Of a DNA stretch of 55,793 bases, positions 19,000 to 27,405 are shown one piece after another. The stretch is taken from positions 1-55,793 of the forward strand of contig JAGPBO010000001.1 of NCBI GenBank assembly GCA_018063305.1, written 5' to 3'. Below the pieces are notes generated by a model. That model saw only the letters and a list, made by a program, of their open reading frames with translations, had not been told where the DNA came from and ran no database searches. The number at the start of each line of letters is the position of its first letter. The first letter of the stretch is position 1. The DNA is from Cyclobacteriaceae bacterium (lineage in GTDB: Bacteria > Bacteroidota > Bacteroidia > Cytophagales > Cyclobacteriaceae). The position numbers and the translations under genes are program-made.

Positions 19000-21819
19000 C
19001 TATTTCTGTGGTAGAAGCGTGTACCCCGTATTAATTCCTTTCTCTGTTGCGGGCAAACTTTCCATCCACTCCGGCATTGGTGCCCCTTTCAAATAATAAT
19101 CAAAGTATTGCATCATACGAATGGCAAAATCAGTTCTGTTTTGTCTCAGTTGCAACCCATGATCTTCTCCATTATAGTTCAGCATCCACACCGGCTTATT
19201 TAACCTGCGTAACGCCATATAGAATTCAATTCCTTGATACCACGGCACTGAACCATCCGCGTCATTGTGCATCATCAGCAAAGGGGTTTCAATTTTATCG
19301 GCAAAGAAAAGTGGGGAATTCTCTATAAAGCGAAGCGGTGTTTCCCACAAAGTCCCACCCAATCTCGTTTGAGTTCGTTCGTATTGAAACATTCTGCTCA
19401 TACCCGTGCCCCAGCGAATTCCGCCATAAGCACTAGTCATGTTTGATACGGGTGCACCGGCCTCGGCTGCCTTAAAAATATTGGTTCGTGTAACGAGGTA
19501 TGCGATTTGGTAGCCGCCCCAACTGTGACCTTGCACACCAATATTTTTTTCATCTACAAATCCTTTTGTCATTAAGGAAGTGATACCAGGCAAAATACAA
19601 TTCAGTGCACTTTCGCCTGGATAGCCGATTTTATAAATAACATCGGGAATAAATACCAGATACCCATTGCTGGCAAACATTGAGAAATTTATGGATGAAC
19701 GAATAGGCGCAGGTTCCTGGTGGCGATGCAATCCATCGCTCATTCGTTCATAGAAATAAACCATCATAGGATATTTCTTTTTCGGATCAAAATTTTCAGG
19801 CTTGATGAGCAGTCCTTTCAATGGAATATTATCAAGCGATGTCCAACTTACCAACTCAATGTTTCCCCACAAATAATTTTTCATTTGCGGATTGGCATCA
19901 CTGATTTTCTTTGGAGAAGAAAAGCTAGTGTTCGCAGTCCAGAGATCAGAGAACTCGCGGAAGCTTTCGCGTGTGTACAAAACCTGATCGGCTAACTCAG
20001 CTTTTTGAAGTCCACCGTAAGCATGATCGGTCATCAACAATTTGGTAAGTTTCCCATTTTTTAAGGAGAGTGAATAGAAACCAGAAGCCTTTGTGGTTTC
20101 ATCAAAAGCAGTTAAGATTATTTCCCGATCTGCTTTTATGAAGCGTTCTTCTCGATCCAATTTTTGATAACGGAATACAATTTTTTGATCTCTACCAATT
20201 TTAGTTAGGTTCACCGGATTGGCTTTCCCTTCCGGATCAAACGCCCACAAATCGTAACGATCATACGCAATCAATAATTTATCATCTTCTGTCCAGCCTG
20301 CCATGCCATATGGACTCGGATAATCAGGATGGTCATCTTGCTCATCGGCAAAGGAAACTTTCAACGTCTTCGTAAGCTTAGCAATTGCCTCATTTTTTAT
20401 TGAATAGGCATGCCATGCTGTATCGAGTTGATCATACCAAAATGCATAGTTAGCTTTTGGACTCAAGGATGCATCTCCTTTAATGGAGGTTGCAATTAAT
20501 TTTTTAGCACTTGATCCAGAATTTATGTCTACCAAATACACATCGCTATTGGTGCCGCCTTCCCACGTAATACTTTTCAGATAAGGAACATTTGTATCGG
20601 CCAGCGCTATATTTGCATTCCCCTCATCGCCAAGTTCAATTTTGGGAGTTTCAAGATTTGCCAATTGTGTAATCTTTCTATTCCCAATTTGATAAGCAGC
20701 TAAATAGGATCGCTTTAGTTCTTGTTTCAATCTTACATTTTGCATCGGGTAGATGAGCGGATCATTACCATTCCACACTTCCACTTTCACGATTTCTTCA
20801 GAGAGTAAAGTGGTATCCTGCACCATTGGAACCGGAGCTGTTCCGAAAAATAACTTCGAACCATCTTTTGAAAAAGTTGGTGTATAATCAGCGCTTACCG
20901 CATAATCTTTTGGTACGCTACTATTTTTTTCATCAGCGATAAGCGAGGCCGAGGCTTCTCCCTTTTTCCAAAGAAATAATTTTGGATACCGAACCAATGC
21001 TTTTGTTGTATCGAGGTCGGCTACAAAGGAAACTTGTGTTCCATCTTCGCTGGTTGCAAGCCCTGTAAATTTTTGCTTTTTCTTTCCTTCCAGTAAGGTT
21101 GTTAAACTTTGGTTCGATAAGTCATACCAATAAACTCCGGGTGAAAGTGTGCTGTCATTTCCGGTAGAGGTAAACAATAGGCCTTGTCCGAATTTGGCGA
21201 AAGTGTAATCTGTAACGTACCCAAAATGCGTTTCTTGTTTTGAGGAAAGATTTCGGAGCATTAAAGTATATCCGTTATCGCTTGAGTTTTTCTTAATCTT
21301 TTTTGGTTTTGATTTTTTTGTTGTATCGGGCTTGGCTTTCACATCTTCTAATTGATACGCTAACCAGCCGGCTGCTTTTTCCGGAATCGCATACGACTTT
21401 ACATTTGGTATTTTCTCAACTGATTTCCCTGTAAGGGTATAAATGCCAAGCGAATCTTTGGGCAACTCCTCTTTCTTTTTCTTTTGTCTGCGAAGTGCTT
21501 TAACCGTATCTTTTTTAGGATCAATTTTGAAGAACACGAACTTGCTGTCGTAGCTGAGTTTAATGTTGCTTGCACGATGAACCGAATCCTGACTGTTCTT
21601 TTTGATGTCGTGCAAAACAATTTTTCCATCACCGTCTTGTGGATTTACGGTAAACACCGCAAAATTTCCATCGCGCGTTAATGTCGAATAGGTGATCTCC
21701 TTCCAGCTATCATACACATCGTGGGTGAGCGGTTTTTTAACTGGAGCTGTAGTGCCTTTCTTCTGGGCATATCCAATAAAACTTATCAGGAATAAGAAAA
21801 GAATTAAGCGTGTTCTCAT
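19000..21819 (-). CDS. S9 family (prolyl oligopeptidase-like) secreted peptidase
   Basis: Signal peptide, propeller region, GHSWGG, DGSVP and EDH catalytic triad. Confidence 0.93.
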   Translation of the reverse strand: MRTRLILFLFLISFIGYAQKKGTTAPVKKPLTHDVYDSWKEITYSTLTRDGNFAVFTVNPQDGDGKIVLHDIKKNSQDSVHRASNIKLSYDSKFVFFKIDPKKDTVKALRRQKKKKEELPKDSLGIYTLTGKSVEKIPNVKSYAIPEKAAGWLAYQLEDVKAKPDTTKKSKPKKIKKNSSDNGYTLMLRNLSSKQETHFGYVTDYTFAKFGQGLLFTSTGNDSTLSPGVYWYDLSNQSLTTLLEGKKKQKFTGLATSEDGTQVSFVADLDTTKALVRYPKLFLWKKGEASASLIADEKNSSVPKDYAVSADYTPTFSKDGSKLFFGTAPVPMVQDTTLLSEEIVKVEVWNGNDPLIYPMQNVRLKQELKRSYLAAYQIGNRKITQLANLETPKIELGDEGNANIALADTNVPYLKSITWEGGTNSDVYLVDINSGSSAKKLIATSIKGDASLSPKANYAFWYDQLDTAWHAYSIKNEAIAKLTKTLKVSFADEQDDHPDYPSPYGMAGWTEDDKLLIAYDRYDLWAFDPEGKANPVNLTKIGRDQKIVFRYQKLDREERFIKADREIILTAFDETTKASGFYSLSLKNGKLTKLLMTDHAYGGLQKAELADQVLYTRESFREFSDLWTANTSFSSPKKISDANPQMKNYLWGNIELVSWTSLDNIPLKGLLIKPENFDPKKKYPMMVYFYERMSDGLHRHQEPAPIRSSINFSMFASNGYLVFIPDVIYKIGYPGESALNCILPGITSLMTKGFVDEKNIGVQGHSWGGYQIAYLVTRTNIFKAAEAGAPVSNMTSAYGGIRWGTGMSRMFQYERTQTRLGGTLWETPLRFIENSPLFFADKIETPLLMMHNDADGSVPWYQGIEFYMALRRLNKPVWMLNYNGEDHGLQLRQNRTDFAIRMMQYFDYYLKGAPMPEWMESLPATEKGINTGYTLLPQK

Positions 21820-22125
21820 GAGGATTGTTGTTTGTTTCCAAAACGAAAGTAACGATTGTCAATTCGGCATGCAGTTAAGTTTTGATGAACGGCTGAATTA
21901 ATTACCGTATTACTGATTTGTTAGGGTGCAAATGATGGAAAAGATTAGTTTCTAAGTTCAACTAATAAGTGCTTTTTGCTGACTGATGCCTTCTACAAAA
22001 CAGGTTAATTTAGGATTTAATTATGGTACAGAGCTTCTAGACCTAACAAATTTACTTGATGGAACAGGTCTGCGTTTAATCCTTAAAGAATGAAGAAATG
22101 AAAAGAGTGGGCCTAAAGAAGAGAA

Positions 22126-22563
22126 CTATTTACAATTCGGACACTCCCAATCCTTATCCAGATCGATCACGGTAACGATAGAGAGATGCCTTTGCTTGGG
22201 CGCAACGATAATACGCACGTGCTGCCTGTCTTTTGAAGTATATCCTTCCAGTGCATACGTTGCCCCCTTGGGGTCGTTCAAATCACTTTTCGTGTAGTTT
22301 ACTTCCGCTTTGCGCACAATTTCTTTTACTTCCTTCTGCGTTATTTTGCGGCAGTCCATGCGGCAGCGGGCATGCTTGGTGAAAAAATATTCGGCATCCG
22401 GATCTCTGAAAATATCCAGGTTATTTCTTGTCGCTTCTTCAGGGCCCTTTTTCTGTGCAGCCGGTGGGTTATCGAAGTTTACCTCTCCCTCGCGGCATCG
22501 CTTAACCCCTAAGGCAATAAAAAAAAGGAAAAGGAGAATTAAATATGGAATTGCCTTCTTCAT
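22126..22563 (-). CDS. DUF4258 domain protein with N-terminal membrane anchor
   Basis: FTKHARCRM.CR.I, YALEG and C-terminal VTVID..K.W.CPNC. Confidence 0.75.
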   Translation of the reverse strand: MKKAIPYLILLFLFFIALGVKRCREGEVNFDNPPAAQKKGPEEATRNNLDIFRDPDAEYFFTKHARCRMDCRKITQKEVKEIVRKAEVNYTKSDLNDPKGATYALEGYTSKDRQHVRIIVAPKQRHLSIVTVIDLDKDWECPNCK

Positions 22564-22686
22564 AAAATTGACTATCAGCCGCTACCCGTTAAATTAGCAG
22601 CAAGCAAATATCCATGAAAAGAATTGTGATGCAAAAAGTGGGTAATTCAAAAATGAATTAAATTCACATTTGTAAATAATCAAACT

Positions 22687-23106
22687 ATGAACAAACAAAT
22701 CTTTATCAATTTAGCAGTAAGCGACCTTGCAAAGTCAATGGAGTTTTATACAGCCTTAGGTTTTTCTAACAATCCACAATTCTCTGACGAAAAAGGAAAA
22801 TGTATGGTTTGGAGTGAAAGCATTTTTGTAATGCTTTTGACACACGAAAAATTTTCTTCCTTTGCAACTAAACCCATTGCAAACACGAAAACTGCTGTTG
22901 CGGGTCTTTTTTCACTATCGATGGAAAATTTAGAAGCAGTAAATAAAATGATGACTGCTGGTTTAAAAGCCGGTGGAACAGAGCCCACTGAAATGAAAGA
23001 TTATGGATTTATGCAACAGCGAACTATAGAAGATTTTGATGGGCACACCTGGGAAATTTTCTTTATGGACCTTTCAAAATTTCCACAAGAACAACCCAAC
23101 GAATAA
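22687..23106 (+). CDS. VOC/glyoxalase family protein
   Basis: IFINLAV.DL.KS..FY, DYGFM and DFDGHTWE. Confidence 0.9.
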   Translation: MNKQIFINLAVSDLAKSMEFYTALGFSNNPQFSDEKGKCMVWSESIFVMLLTHEKFSSFATKPIANTKTAVAGLFSLSMENLEAVNKMMTAGLKAGGTEPTEMKDYGFMQQRTIEDFDGHTWEIFFMDLSKFPQEQPNE

Positions 23107-23128
23107 ATAAAACTTAAAAATAAAAATT

Positions 23129-23566
23129 ATGGCACAAATCAATCCTCATATTAACTTCAACGGAAATGCCGAAGAAGCATTCAATTTTTACAAATCAGTA
23201 TTTGGCGGAGAGTTCGCAAAAATTATGCGTTTCAAAGACCTATCAAGTCCTGAATTTCCAGTAGCAGAAAATGAGGCAAACAAAATAATGCACATTGCTT
23301 TGCCCATTGGTAAAAGCATATTAATGGCAAATGATGTTCCCGAAATAATGGGGCGAACAAACGAAAATGAGAACAGAAGTAAAATTGTAATTAGTGCAGA
23401 AAGCAAAGAAGAAGCTGATAAATTATTTAACGGACTTTCGGCAGGTGGACAAATTGAAATGCCAATTGCCGACAGTCCTTGGGGTACCTATTTTGGGATG
23501 TTTAGAGACAAATATGGAATTGAATGGATGCTGGATTTTGACCCAAAATATAACGGTAAAGTATAA
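23129..23566 (+). CDS. VOC family protein (PhnB-like)
   Basis: FNGNAEEAFNFY, IMHIAL and WGTYFGMFRDKYGIEW. Confidence 0.9.
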   Translation: MAQINPHINFNGNAEEAFNFYKSVFGGEFAKIMRFKDLSSPEFPVAENEANKIMHIALPIGKSILMANDVPEIMGRTNENENRSKIVISAESKEEADKLFNGLSAGGQIEMPIADSPWGTYFGMFRDKYGIEWMLDFDPKYNGKV

Positions 23567-23591
23567 GCGAAAAACAACGAGCCGCTAACAA

Positions 23592-23933
23592 ATGCCTTAC
23601 GTCCCTAAACTTGCTGACAGAATAAGAGAATATTTAAAACAGTTTCCAGAATTGGAAATTGAAGAGAAGAAAATGTTCGGTGGACTTGCCTTTATGGTTA
23701 ACGGAAAAATGTGTGTAAATGCCAGTGGGCAAAACTTAATGTGTCGCTTTGAGCCCACCCAGAAAGAAGAATTAGCAAAAAGAACGGGTTTCGTACCCAT
23801 GGTGATGAAAGGAAAAGAATACGAAGGATACTGTTACGTTGAACCAACTGGTTTTAAGAACAGAAAGGACTTTGAGTTCTGGATAGCTGTTTGTTTAGAT
23901 TTTAATAGCAGAGCGAAATCATCAAAAAAATGA
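23592..23933 (+). CDS. TfoX N-terminal domain protein
   Basis: EEKKMFGGLAFMVNGKM. Confidence 0.85.
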   Translation: MPYVPKLADRIREYLKQFPELEIEEKKMFGGLAFMVNGKMCVNASGQNLMCRFEPTQKEELAKRTGFVPMVMKGKEYEGYCYVEPTGFKNRKDFEFWIAVCLDFNSRAKSSKK

Positions 23934-23974
23934 TGAAAAAACAAAAGCATCTACTGAACCATCTGTATTAAATT

Positions 23975-24045
23975 CAACGGTCGGAATTCAAATGAACTTT
24001 ATTGCTAAAAATTCCACCTCATCGCCAAGTGCCAAACCGTTAGCG
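23975..24045 (+). mobile_element. Degenerate attC-like site (right part with R' box)
   Basis: ...AAATTCCACCTCATCGCCAAGTGCCAAACC GTTAGCG (24039-24045) precedes the methyltransferase gene. Confidence 0.5.
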
Positions 24046-24112
24046 ATTATACAGATAAACAGCATGACTTTGATTGTTTCTAAAAGACATACGTTTAACA
24101 ACTAAAAAGATC

Positions 24113-24958
24113 ATGGAACAACAATTTGAGGAAATCAGAGCCACCCAAAAAGCATCCTGGAATAAATTCTCTCCCGGTTGGAAAAAGTGGGAGTTGGAAC
24201 TTCATGACCACATGCAACCCGCTGCTGATGCAATTATTAGTTTACTAAAACCCAAAGGTTCACAACTGATTTTAGATATCGCAGCAGGAACAGGCGAACC
24301 CGCTTTTAGCATTGCGAGTAGGCTTACAGCTGGAAAAGTTATTCTTACCGACCTCGCAGATGAGATGCTTGATATAGCTCGTGAAAAGGCTTCTAAAAAA
24401 GGAATCACCAATGTTGAATTTCGTGCATGCGATGTTTGCGAACTCCCTTTTGCCGACAACACTTTTGATGGGGTTAGTTGCCGAATGGGATTTATGTTCT
24501 TCCCGAACATGCTTTTGGCCGCTAAAGAAATACTGCGGGTACTAAAGCCAGGTGGCCGAATTGCAACTTCAGTTTGGAGTACACCGGAAAAGAATTTCTG
24601 GGTAACCGCCCTAAGCGAAACCATCAATAGAAATATGCAATTACCTGTTCCGTCACCTGAAACACCTGGAATCTTTCGTTGTAGCCAAAGTGGCTTAATG
24701 ACAAGCACTTTTAATCAGGCTGGTTTTAAAAATATTTCTGAAAGCGAAGTGATATGTAAGCTGAAATGCGGAACGACCGAAACCTACTGGCAAATGATGA
24801 CAGAAATTGCAGCTCCTGTTGTGGCTGCACTCAGCAAAGGCGATGATGCGATGAAAGATAAAATAAAAAGAGAAGTGTACGAATTGGTAAATAAAAAGTA
24901 TCCGGATGGAAATGTAATAATGGATGGAAGTGCTCTTATCATTTATGGGGAGAAATAA
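24113..24958 (+). CDS. Class I SAM-dependent methyltransferase (UbiE-like)
   Basis: LDIAAGTGEP, LPFADNTFD and RVLKPGGR; ATG 24113 preferred over TTG 24074. Confidence 0.9.
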   Translation: MEQQFEEIRATQKASWNKFSPGWKKWELELHDHMQPAADAIISLLKPKGSQLILDIAAGTGEPAFSIASRLTAGKVILTDLADEMLDIAREKASKKGITNVEFRACDVCELPFADNTFDGVSCRMGFMFFPNMLLAAKEILRVLKPGGRIATSVWSTPEKNFWVTALSETINRNMQLPVPSPETPGIFRCSQSGLMTSTFNQAGFKNISESEVICKLKCGTTETYWQMMTEIAAPVVAALSKGDDAMKDKIKREVYELVNKKYPDGNVIMDGSALIIYGEK

Positions 24959-24981
24959 TCTGTATATAGATGTCGGTAGTT

Positions 24982-25065
24982 CGAACCGCTAACGGGGTAT
25001 AAGGCGTACCTCTCACACTGAAATATCCAAACCACTTTGTCACCAACCCTGCGCAAAACCAAAAG
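24982..25065 (+). mobile_element. Degenerate attC-like site (left part with R'' box)
   Basis: CGAAC CGCTAAC (24987-24993) is the exact reverse complement of GTTAGCG upstream of the same gene. Confidence 0.5.
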
Positions 25066-25118
25066 AGTCATTTTTTACAAACGCACCACTTAATAATACT
25101 AAATTTACATTCTGATTA

Positions 25119-26480
25119 TTGACTGACCCTATTTTGAGAAAAATTTTAATTATCGATGACGAAGAAAAGCTAAGAAGTCTTCTGGCAAGAATTATTAGCC
25201 TTGAGGGTTTTGAAGTACTCCAAGCAGCAGACTGTAAAACCGCATGGAAAAAATTAGAGCAAACCACTATTGACGTGGTGCTTTGCGATGTAAAGTTGCC
25301 TGACGGAAATGGTGTAGACCTTTCAAAAAAAATCAAAGAAAAATATCCTCTGCTTGAACTTGTATTGATGACTGCCTATGGCAACATTCCTGATGGCGTG
25401 CAAGCGATTAAAAACGGGGCGTTCGACTATATTATAAAAGGTGACGACAATAACAAAATCGTTCCCTTGCTTTACCGAGCTATTGAAAAAGTGGATTTGG
25501 GAAAACGGGTGCAGCAACTCGAAAAACAATTAGGTGATAAACATTCATTTGATGAAATTTTAGGAAAATCAAAGTCTATTCAAAAGGCGATTGACTTAGC
25601 TAAAAAAGTAGCCGCTACCGATACTACAGTTTTGCTAACGGGTGAAACGGGAACAGGCAAAGAAGTGTTTGCGCAAGCGATACATCAGGCCAGCACCAGG
25701 AGCAAACAAAATTTCGTTGCTATTAACTGTTCCGCTTTCAGCAAAGAATTATTGGAGAGTGAAATGTTTGGCCACAAAGCCGGAGCATATACAGGAGCCA
25801 TCAAAGACAAAAAAGGACTTTTTGAAGAAGCTAATAATGGAACCATCTTTTTAGATGAACTGGGCGAAATGGCGCTGGACTTACAAGCCAAATTATTGCG
25901 AGTTTTAGAACTAGGCGAATTCATCATAGTAGGTGAAAACAAGCCTACTAAAGTGAATGTCCGCATTATTGCAGCCACGAACAGAGACTTACAAAAAGAA
26001 ATTGAACAAGGACATTTTAGAGAAGATTTATTTTATCGGCTATCCGTATTTCAAATTCATTTGCCACCACTTAGAGAGCGCATACTCGATATTGAAGTAT
26101 TAGCCTTTTATTTTCTAAAATCTTTTGGATTAAAAACCAATAAGAAAATTAGCGCTGCATCAAATGAGTTTATTGAAGCTTTGAAACAACACTCCTGGAA
26201 CGGAAATATTCGGGAATTAAGAAACGTTATCGAACGCAGTGTAATTTTAGCAGAAGCCGATGAATTGACAATAGAAACATTGCCGATTGAATTACAACCC
26301 AAAACTAAATCTTTAAAAGACAACAAGACCCTTTCTGCATTCGACTTAGCCAGTGCCGAAAAAATACATATCCAAAAAGTATTGAACTATACCAACGGCA
26401 ACAAAACCAAAACGGCCGAATTACTCAATATCGCTTTAACGACACTTTACCGTAAGATTACAGATTACGGCTTGGAATAA
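25119..26480 (+). CDS. Sigma54-dependent response regulator (NtrC family: REC-AAA+-Fis HTH)
   Basis: IIDDE/DVKLP receiver, GETGTGKE, ESEMFGH..GAYTGA, FLDE, FREDLFYRL and C-terminal TLYRK HTH. Confidence 0.95.
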   Translation: MTDPILRKILIIDDEEKLRSLLARIISLEGFEVLQAADCKTAWKKLEQTTIDVVLCDVKLPDGNGVDLSKKIKEKYPLLELVLMTAYGNIPDGVQAIKNGAFDYIIKGDDNNKIVPLLYRAIEKVDLGKRVQQLEKQLGDKHSFDEILGKSKSIQKAIDLAKKVAATDTTVLLTGETGTGKEVFAQAIHQASTRSKQNFVAINCSAFSKELLESEMFGHKAGAYTGAIKDKKGLFEEANNGTIFLDELGEMALDLQAKLLRVLELGEFIIVGENKPTKVNVRIIAATNRDLQKEIEQGHFREDLFYRLSVFQIHLPPLRERILDIEVLAFYFLKSFGLKTNKKISAASNEFIEALKQHSWNGNIRELRNVIERSVILAEADELTIETLPIELQPKTKSLKDNKTLSAFDLASAEKIHIQKVLNYTNGNKTKTAELLNIALTTLYRKITDYGLE

Positions 26481-26482
26481 TC

Positions 26483-26529
26483 AACCCTTTCATAACGCTA
26501 TACTTAACCCTTTCAAAACGATAGGGTTT
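26483..26529 (+). promoter_or_regulatory. Candidate enhancer (UAS) for the bEBP
   Basis: Direct repeats AACCCTTTCATAACGCTA (26483) and AACCCTTTCAAAACGATA (26506), 23-nt period; the second copy is closed by the inverted ACCCT...AGGGT. Confidence 0.6.
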
Positions 26530-26600
26530 TATGTTTTGGCATACTTCAAAATTGAGCTATCTAATTGATTGACTGGATTCTGTATCCGTATTGATTTTTT

Positions 26601-26615
26601 AGGAACAGCCTTTGT
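26601..26615 (+). promoter_or_regulatory. Candidate sigma54 -24/-12 promoter of the kdp operon
   Basis: AGGAACA-GCCT-TTGT aligns without gaps to TGGCACG-N4-TTGC; lies 70-120 nt downstream of the UAS repeats. Confidence 0.55.
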
Positions 26616-26646
26616 CATAAGGGTATTGATTAAATAAAATTTCTTT

Positions 26647-26766
26647 ATGGTCCAGCAACAAAATATCGAAGTCAAGGACATTAAGAACTTAGAGCTAGAA
26701 ACCCTCCATGCCATCTCCCTACGGCAGAAGGAGTATAGCCAGCCAATTAACTCATCAGGAATCTAA
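26647..26766 (+). CDS. 39-aa soluble leader ORF (or leader RNA)
   Basis: Own translation MVQQQNIEVKDIKNLELETLHAISLRQKEYSQPINSSGI*; first ATG after the candidate promoter. Confidence 0.35.
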   Translation: MVQQQNIEVKDIKNLELETLHAISLRQKEYSQPINSSGI

Positions 26767-26777
26767 ATCATTTTAAT

Positions 26778-26858
26778 ATGACTATAATAATGTATTTGAC
26801 AGGCCTGGTACTTTTTGCTTTACTCTTTAAGGCCATAGATACTTTTGAAAAAATCTAA
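26778..26858 (+). CDS. 26-aa single-TM microprotein
   Basis: Own translation MTIIMYLTGLVLFALLFKAIDTFEKI*; stop is 4 nt before the next ATG. Confidence 0.65.
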   Translation: MTIIMYLTGLVLFALLFKAIDTFEKI

Positions 26859-26862
26859 AAAA

Positions 26863-27192
26863 ATGGAATCGAAAATTATTCATGCGGTACGAGAGTGGTT
26901 GCCCTGGGCAATAAGTGATGAATGTAAAAATTCGGAATATTTGCTTTTACGAAAGTTGGCTAATTATTGTAGAGATAAAATGCAAGGAAGCAATCAAGAT
27001 GACGCTTTCCAGGTTATTAAAATCATAAATTTTCTCTACGCGGATGGTTCATTACACATTAAAAATGCTATTGAAAATGAGTTTTTAGAAGTACTAGCCA
27101 CAGACGAAACTCCTGCTAGTTTAAAAGAGCATATCCATCTTTTACCTGAAAAACTCAGAACTGCTTATTTAAAAACCATTTTAGAAAACTGA
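26863..27192 (+). CDS. Small helical protein of the kdp leader (DUF7674-like)
   Basis: LY..G...IKNAIENEFL motif; ATG 26863 preferred because TTG 26845 lies inside the upstream microprotein ORF. Confidence 0.65.
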   Translation: MESKIIHAVREWLPWAISDECKNSEYLLLRKLANYCRDKMQGSNQDDAFQVIKIINFLYADGSLHIKNAIENEFLEVLATDETPASLKEHIHLLPEKLRTAYLKTILEN

Positions 27193-27197
27193 AAATT

Positions 27198-27275
27198 ATG
27201 CTCGCATTATTCATCATCGCAATCGGAGTGTTTGGCTACATCTGCTATGTACTCCTTAAGCCAGAAAAATTCTAA
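27198..27275 (+). CDS. kdpF: K+-transporting ATPase subunit F
   Basis: Own translation MLALFIIAIGVFGYICYVLLKPEKF*, with the diagnostic Y..Y.LL.PEKF end. Confidence 0.9.
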   Translation: MLALFIIAIGVFGYICYVLLKPEKF

Positions 27276-27277
27276 AA

Positions 27278-27388
27278 GTGAAATGGCAAAAAGTAAAAGG
27301 GATACTCGTAATAGTATGGATTTGGCTGATCGCTTTAGCCATGCTTTTTATGGTATACGTCAAAGTCAAAATTTTATTACACGTCTGA
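27278..27388 (+). CDS. 36-aa single-TM microprotein between kdpF and kdpA
   Basis: GTG start 2 nt after the kdpF stop; MKWQKVKGILVIVWIWLIALAMLFMVYVKVKILLHV*. Confidence 0.6.
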   Translation: MKWQKVKGILVIVWIWLIALAMLFMVYVKVKILLHV

Positions 27389-27405
27389 AAAAATAATTAA
27401 AAAAA

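Noticed and set aside
21916-22071. 10-bp inverted repeat ATTTGTTAGG/CCTAACAAAT and AGACCT...AGGTCT
   Set aside because: Short and AT-rich, with no target duplication or cargo; at most a very eroded REP.
26806-26818. Sigma54-like TGGTAC...TTGC
   Set aside because: Spacing is two bases short and it lies inside the 26-aa ORF.
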